From the NCBI GenBank assembly GCA_963726745.1, contig CAVSDR010000005.1, positions 155,286-219,285 of the forward strand: a stretch of 64,000 nucleotides of DNA, read 5' to 3'. The DNA is from an uncultured Verrucomicrobiae bacterium. GTDB taxonomy: Bacteria > Verrucomicrobiota > Verrucomicrobiia > Chthoniobacterales > UBA10450. Positions 60,301 through 64,000 of this stretch are shown piece after piece. The position numbers and the translations under genes were made by a program. Each line of letters starts with the position of its first letter. The stretch's first letter is position 1. Under the pieces are notes generated by a model. That model had not been told where the DNA came from and did not search any database. It was given only the letters and a program-made list of their open reading frames with translations.

Positions 60301-63248
60301 CGCCGCCACGGTTTTCGCCAACGCCCGGAACATCGCCGTCGATGTCCTCCGGGGAGAAGAGGACCGGACGCCCGAGGATGGATCGGCGGGAATCGCGATC
60401 AAGGCTGTCCAAGCGGCGACGCTCTTCGCCGCCGGTGTCTTAATCGACGTGGAAATCCTCACCGCTGAATTGCTGCATCTGTTTTCGGTTCGTGCCGGTG
60501 ACGTGACGATCCTCGACGACGACGATCCGAAAGGCCATGTGCGTGGCTTCCCGAGCAAACGGGCGGAGATCAAATGGCGTTTCTGGAATGGCTACGTCAC
60601 TTATCTCGAACGCGACTTCGGAATGCCGCCAGAGGTAGTCAAGAACAATCTCCACGATCTCCGCGAGCAGGATTAAAGAGCGACTGAAAGACCCAACGAG
60701 ACGGTCCGTGGGATCGTCGCGGAATGGTTGTTGGTTCTGTCCAATCCGGGAAGACTGCGAACTACATCGGCCTCATCAACAAGGCGGTCGACGCGGGCAA
60801 CAAACTGGTAATCATTCTCGCCGGCATTCACAGCAACCTGCGCTCGCAAACGCAACTGCGGTTGGATGAAGGGGTGTCAGATGAGATCTGCCAAAAAAAC
60901 CGAAAACTTAGCGGGGATAGTCGATGGATAGGCGTGGGTAGACTTCCAGGCGATCGGCTCGTCGTTCACTCGCTCACAAGCAGCGCCGAGAAAGGGGACT
61001 TCAGCAAACCCGTTGCCGAATCCATTGGAGTGATGCTGGGCGGCGATCCCGTCGGTATTCGTCGTGAAAAAGAACTCGTACATCTTAAAAAACCTTATCG
61101 GATGGGTGCTCGCAGTGGCAGGTAACGAAGACACTGGTCGCAAGGAAATTTCGAACATTCCTCTTCTCTTGATCGACGACGAAGCGGACAACGCATCAAT
61201 CAACATCAAAGACAGAAAAAGTGCGATTCAGACGCTGACAATGTTTCGGCGATCAACGGGAGGATTCGCGAGATTCTCATTCGTTCGAGAAGTCGGCTTA
61301 TGTCGGCTACACCGCGACGCCGTTTGCGAACATCTTCATCAACCCCGAGGCGCAGACGGAGAAACACGGCGAGGATATTTTCCCGCGCAGCTTCATCATC
61401 AACGTCAAAGCGCCAACGAATTACATCGGGCCGGCAAAGGTTTTCGGGCTGGATGGAGATGTTGATGCGGGGATCGAGCCTCAGGAGGCTTTGCCCATCG
61501 TTCGTGATCTGCACGGCAAACCTTACGAAGCGGATTACATGGACCCCGGGCGTTCCCGCAGCCGCACAAGATCACTCACGTTCCGGTCGCGCTCCCGCCT
61601 TCGTTGAAGGAGGCGCTGCGCTGCTTCATCCTAACGTGCGCGGCCCGCCGGGCACGGGGGCAGGACCGAAAACATAATTCAATGCTCGTCCATGTGACGC
61701 GTTCCGGGATGTGCAGGAGCACGCTGCGCGATTACTACGTGACGAACTGGTCGGTCTGCAAAAGCGGATCGAAATGCATGATGGCGCGCGGCGGCCCACT
61801 ATTCGAGAGGAGCTGCGCGACCTTTGGGAGCGGGAATTTGTTCCGATCTCGAAAGCGATGGCTGATGAAGCGGGCTCGCCGCTGGCTTGGGCCGACGTGG
61901 ACGCGGAACTGCATGCCGCCGCGGCGAAGATCGAAGTGCTGACGATCAACAGCACTGCGGGGACTCCGCTGGATTATAAGGAACACGAGGCTGAGGGCCG
62001 GAACGTGATCGCGGTCGGCGGCGACAAACTCTCGCGCGGGCTGACGCTCGAGGGACTTTCGGTCAGCTACTTCCTGCGGACTTCAAAGATGTATGACACG
62101 CTCATGCAGATGGGGCGATGGTTTGGATATCGGCCGGGCTATCTCGATCTCTGCCGGCTTTTCACCAGGACACTCTCATCGGCTGGTATCGGCACATCGC
62201 GCTGGCAGAGGCGGAGTGCGACGCGAGTTCGACTATATGGTCGGCGCCAAGCTCACGCCGCTCGATTACGGACTGCGTGTACGGACGCATCCCGAGGGGA
62301 TGATCGTGACGGCGATGAACAAGATGTGCCATGCTCAAACGCTGGAACTCTCGTGGGCGGGCGTGCTGGTGCAGACGACGCAACTCCCGAAGGATGGGCG
62401 GATCGCGGCGAACCTCGCGGCGACGGGGGCGCTGCTCGCGGGACTCGGGGCGCCCGATGCGGGGAAGGATCGAGAGACTCGCGTCTGGCGGAAGGTATCG
62501 CCGGGCGCGGTGGCGAAATTCATCGAGTCGCTGCAATATCCGCCGGAATCGGCGCGCGCGAGCGGGCCGCAGCTCGCGGCTTTGATCCGCGCGCAGGCTG
62601 GCAAGGAACCGAAGGAACTAACGCGGTGGACGGTGGCGCTGATCTCCAGCTCGCAGGCGGCGGAGAGCGAACGGCGCGAGGTGGCGGGGCAAACGGGGAT
62701 CGGGCTGATCCAACGAACCCCGGAGAGTCAGAAGGCGAGCGCTTGGACGCTGATCGAAGACAACATTCTGAACCCGGAGAACGAAGCGCGGGGATTTTGA
62801 GGCGAAAAATTCGACCGACGAATGGTTCGCGGCGATCGAAGAGAAGCCGGAACTTGTCCGCAGATGTGGGCTGGCTGCGAGAGCAGGTCGGGCGGGATGC
62901 CGACGACGGTGGCGCTGGAGCTGACGCTGCGCTGGCAGCAATCCGAGCCGCCGAGCATCAAGAAGCCGATCAAGGGCGAGACGAAGCGGGCGAATGGCCG
63001 CGTGCTGCGCGCGCTGCGCCGCCGCACGCATGGGCTGCTGCTCATCTATCCCGTGCTGCCTCCGGTCGAAGTGCCGGACGGACGAAGGAAAGGCGGCCGC
63101 GGAGAACACCGGCCTCGACGCCCGCGGGCGATCCGATCATCGGCGTGGCGCTCTCCTTTCCCACGAGCGACACGGTGCTCGGCGTGGAATACCGCGTGAA
63201 CAAGGCTGGGACGCGGAGCTGCGCGAGGATGACGAGTATGACGATTGA
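60293..63248 (+). CDS. Z1-domain ATPase/helicase-like protein (many frameshifts)
   Basis: GMVVGSVQSGKTANY, LRSQTQLRLD, LIDDEADNAS, YTATPFANIFI, HNSMLVH, GGDKLSRGLTLEGLSVSYFLR, YDTLMQMGRWFGYRPGY. Confidence 0.88.
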
Positions 63249-64000
63249 GGAGCTGTGGCAGGAGATCGAAGCGGAGGCCGCGGCGGACGACGGCGCGGCG
63301 TGGGTGGCGGCGCGCGACGGCGACGCCCGGCCATCCGCTGCTCGTGGCGCTGGAGCCAGCGACGCGCATCCGCACGCTGCTCCTGCCCGCAGCGAAGCGG
63401 CGGTGCCGCCACGTCGCGAATGGCCGGAGTGCCGCGGGTTGGAATTGCAAACGCTGTCGCCTGGGGGCGACGCTGATCTTGCGGTGCGGTTGCGCGACGC
63501 CGCGGGTGGCGGACGTCTTCACTGTGCTGGCCGAAGATGTCGCGCCTGCGCGTGGCCGCGGCGCGCGAACCGCGATGCCATGGCCGCTTTTTGGGAGGCT
63601 GCGGCGATGGCAGGAATTTCTCGCCGCCGCGCAGGCCGGATTAAGTCGCGAAGAAGAGCGGGCGCTTATGGGGCGAATTGCATGTGCTGCAAACGCATCT
63701 GATCCCGGCGCTCGGTGAGGCGGTAGCGGTGGTGGCGTGGAAGGCGGGGCGGCCGCGCATCAGGATTTCCAGTGTCCCGCGGGAGCGCTCGAGGTGAAGA
63801 CGACGGCCGCGAAACAGCCGCAAAGCATGCGGATAACCAGCGAGCGGCAACTCGATGACACGGGAGTGGGTGCTCTTTCCTCCAAGTGGTCGCCGTGGAT
63901 GAGCGCGAGGTCGCTCCCACCGGAGCACGCTCCGGGAAGAGCCTGCCGGGCGCTATCGGCGAACTTCGAATCATGCTTGCGGCGGATGCTGCGTTGCCCA
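63238..64000 (+). CDS. PD-(D/E)XK motif protein (DUF4420-like), frameshifted, runs off the window
   Basis: MTIEELW start overlapping the Z1 stop; fragments RLRRWQEFL, L.GEL, QDF, LEVKTT, ITSERQLD. Confidence 0.75.

Overview
A GC-rich bacterial chromosome segment, most likely Verrucomicrobiota (Spartobacteria/Chthoniobacterales-like); this is inferred from protein style, not from a marker gene. It is mostly core genome around dnaA-dnaN and the probable origin: uvrA, uvrC, folD, ubiX, bioF, mtnP, miaB, def, aspS, hisS, leuS, galE, two ExbB/ExbD/TonB modules and a SahR-like regulator/metK/ahcY SAM-cycle locus. The left end is a type IV pilin cluster (two near-identical copies plus a diverged paralogue) interleaved with two GT-C-like membrane glycosyltransferases. 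The right end (57.1-64 kb) is a defence island: C5 methyltransferase, MORC-type ATPase, Z1-domain protein and PD-(D/E)XK protein. Many single-base frameshifts, including in housekeeping genes, look like long-read errors. The two most unexplained signals are: (1) a non-palindromic motif CTAACGA(R), at least 28 copies on both strands, written into core genes with rare codons in all six frames but not seen in the accessory segments (candidate DNA-uptake or chromosome-tag sequence); (2) a GxxExxY nuclease gene bracketed by 32-bp inverted repeats inside the metK-ahcY operon, with a related gene-less copy at 32.1 kb (candidate mobile or REP-like system).
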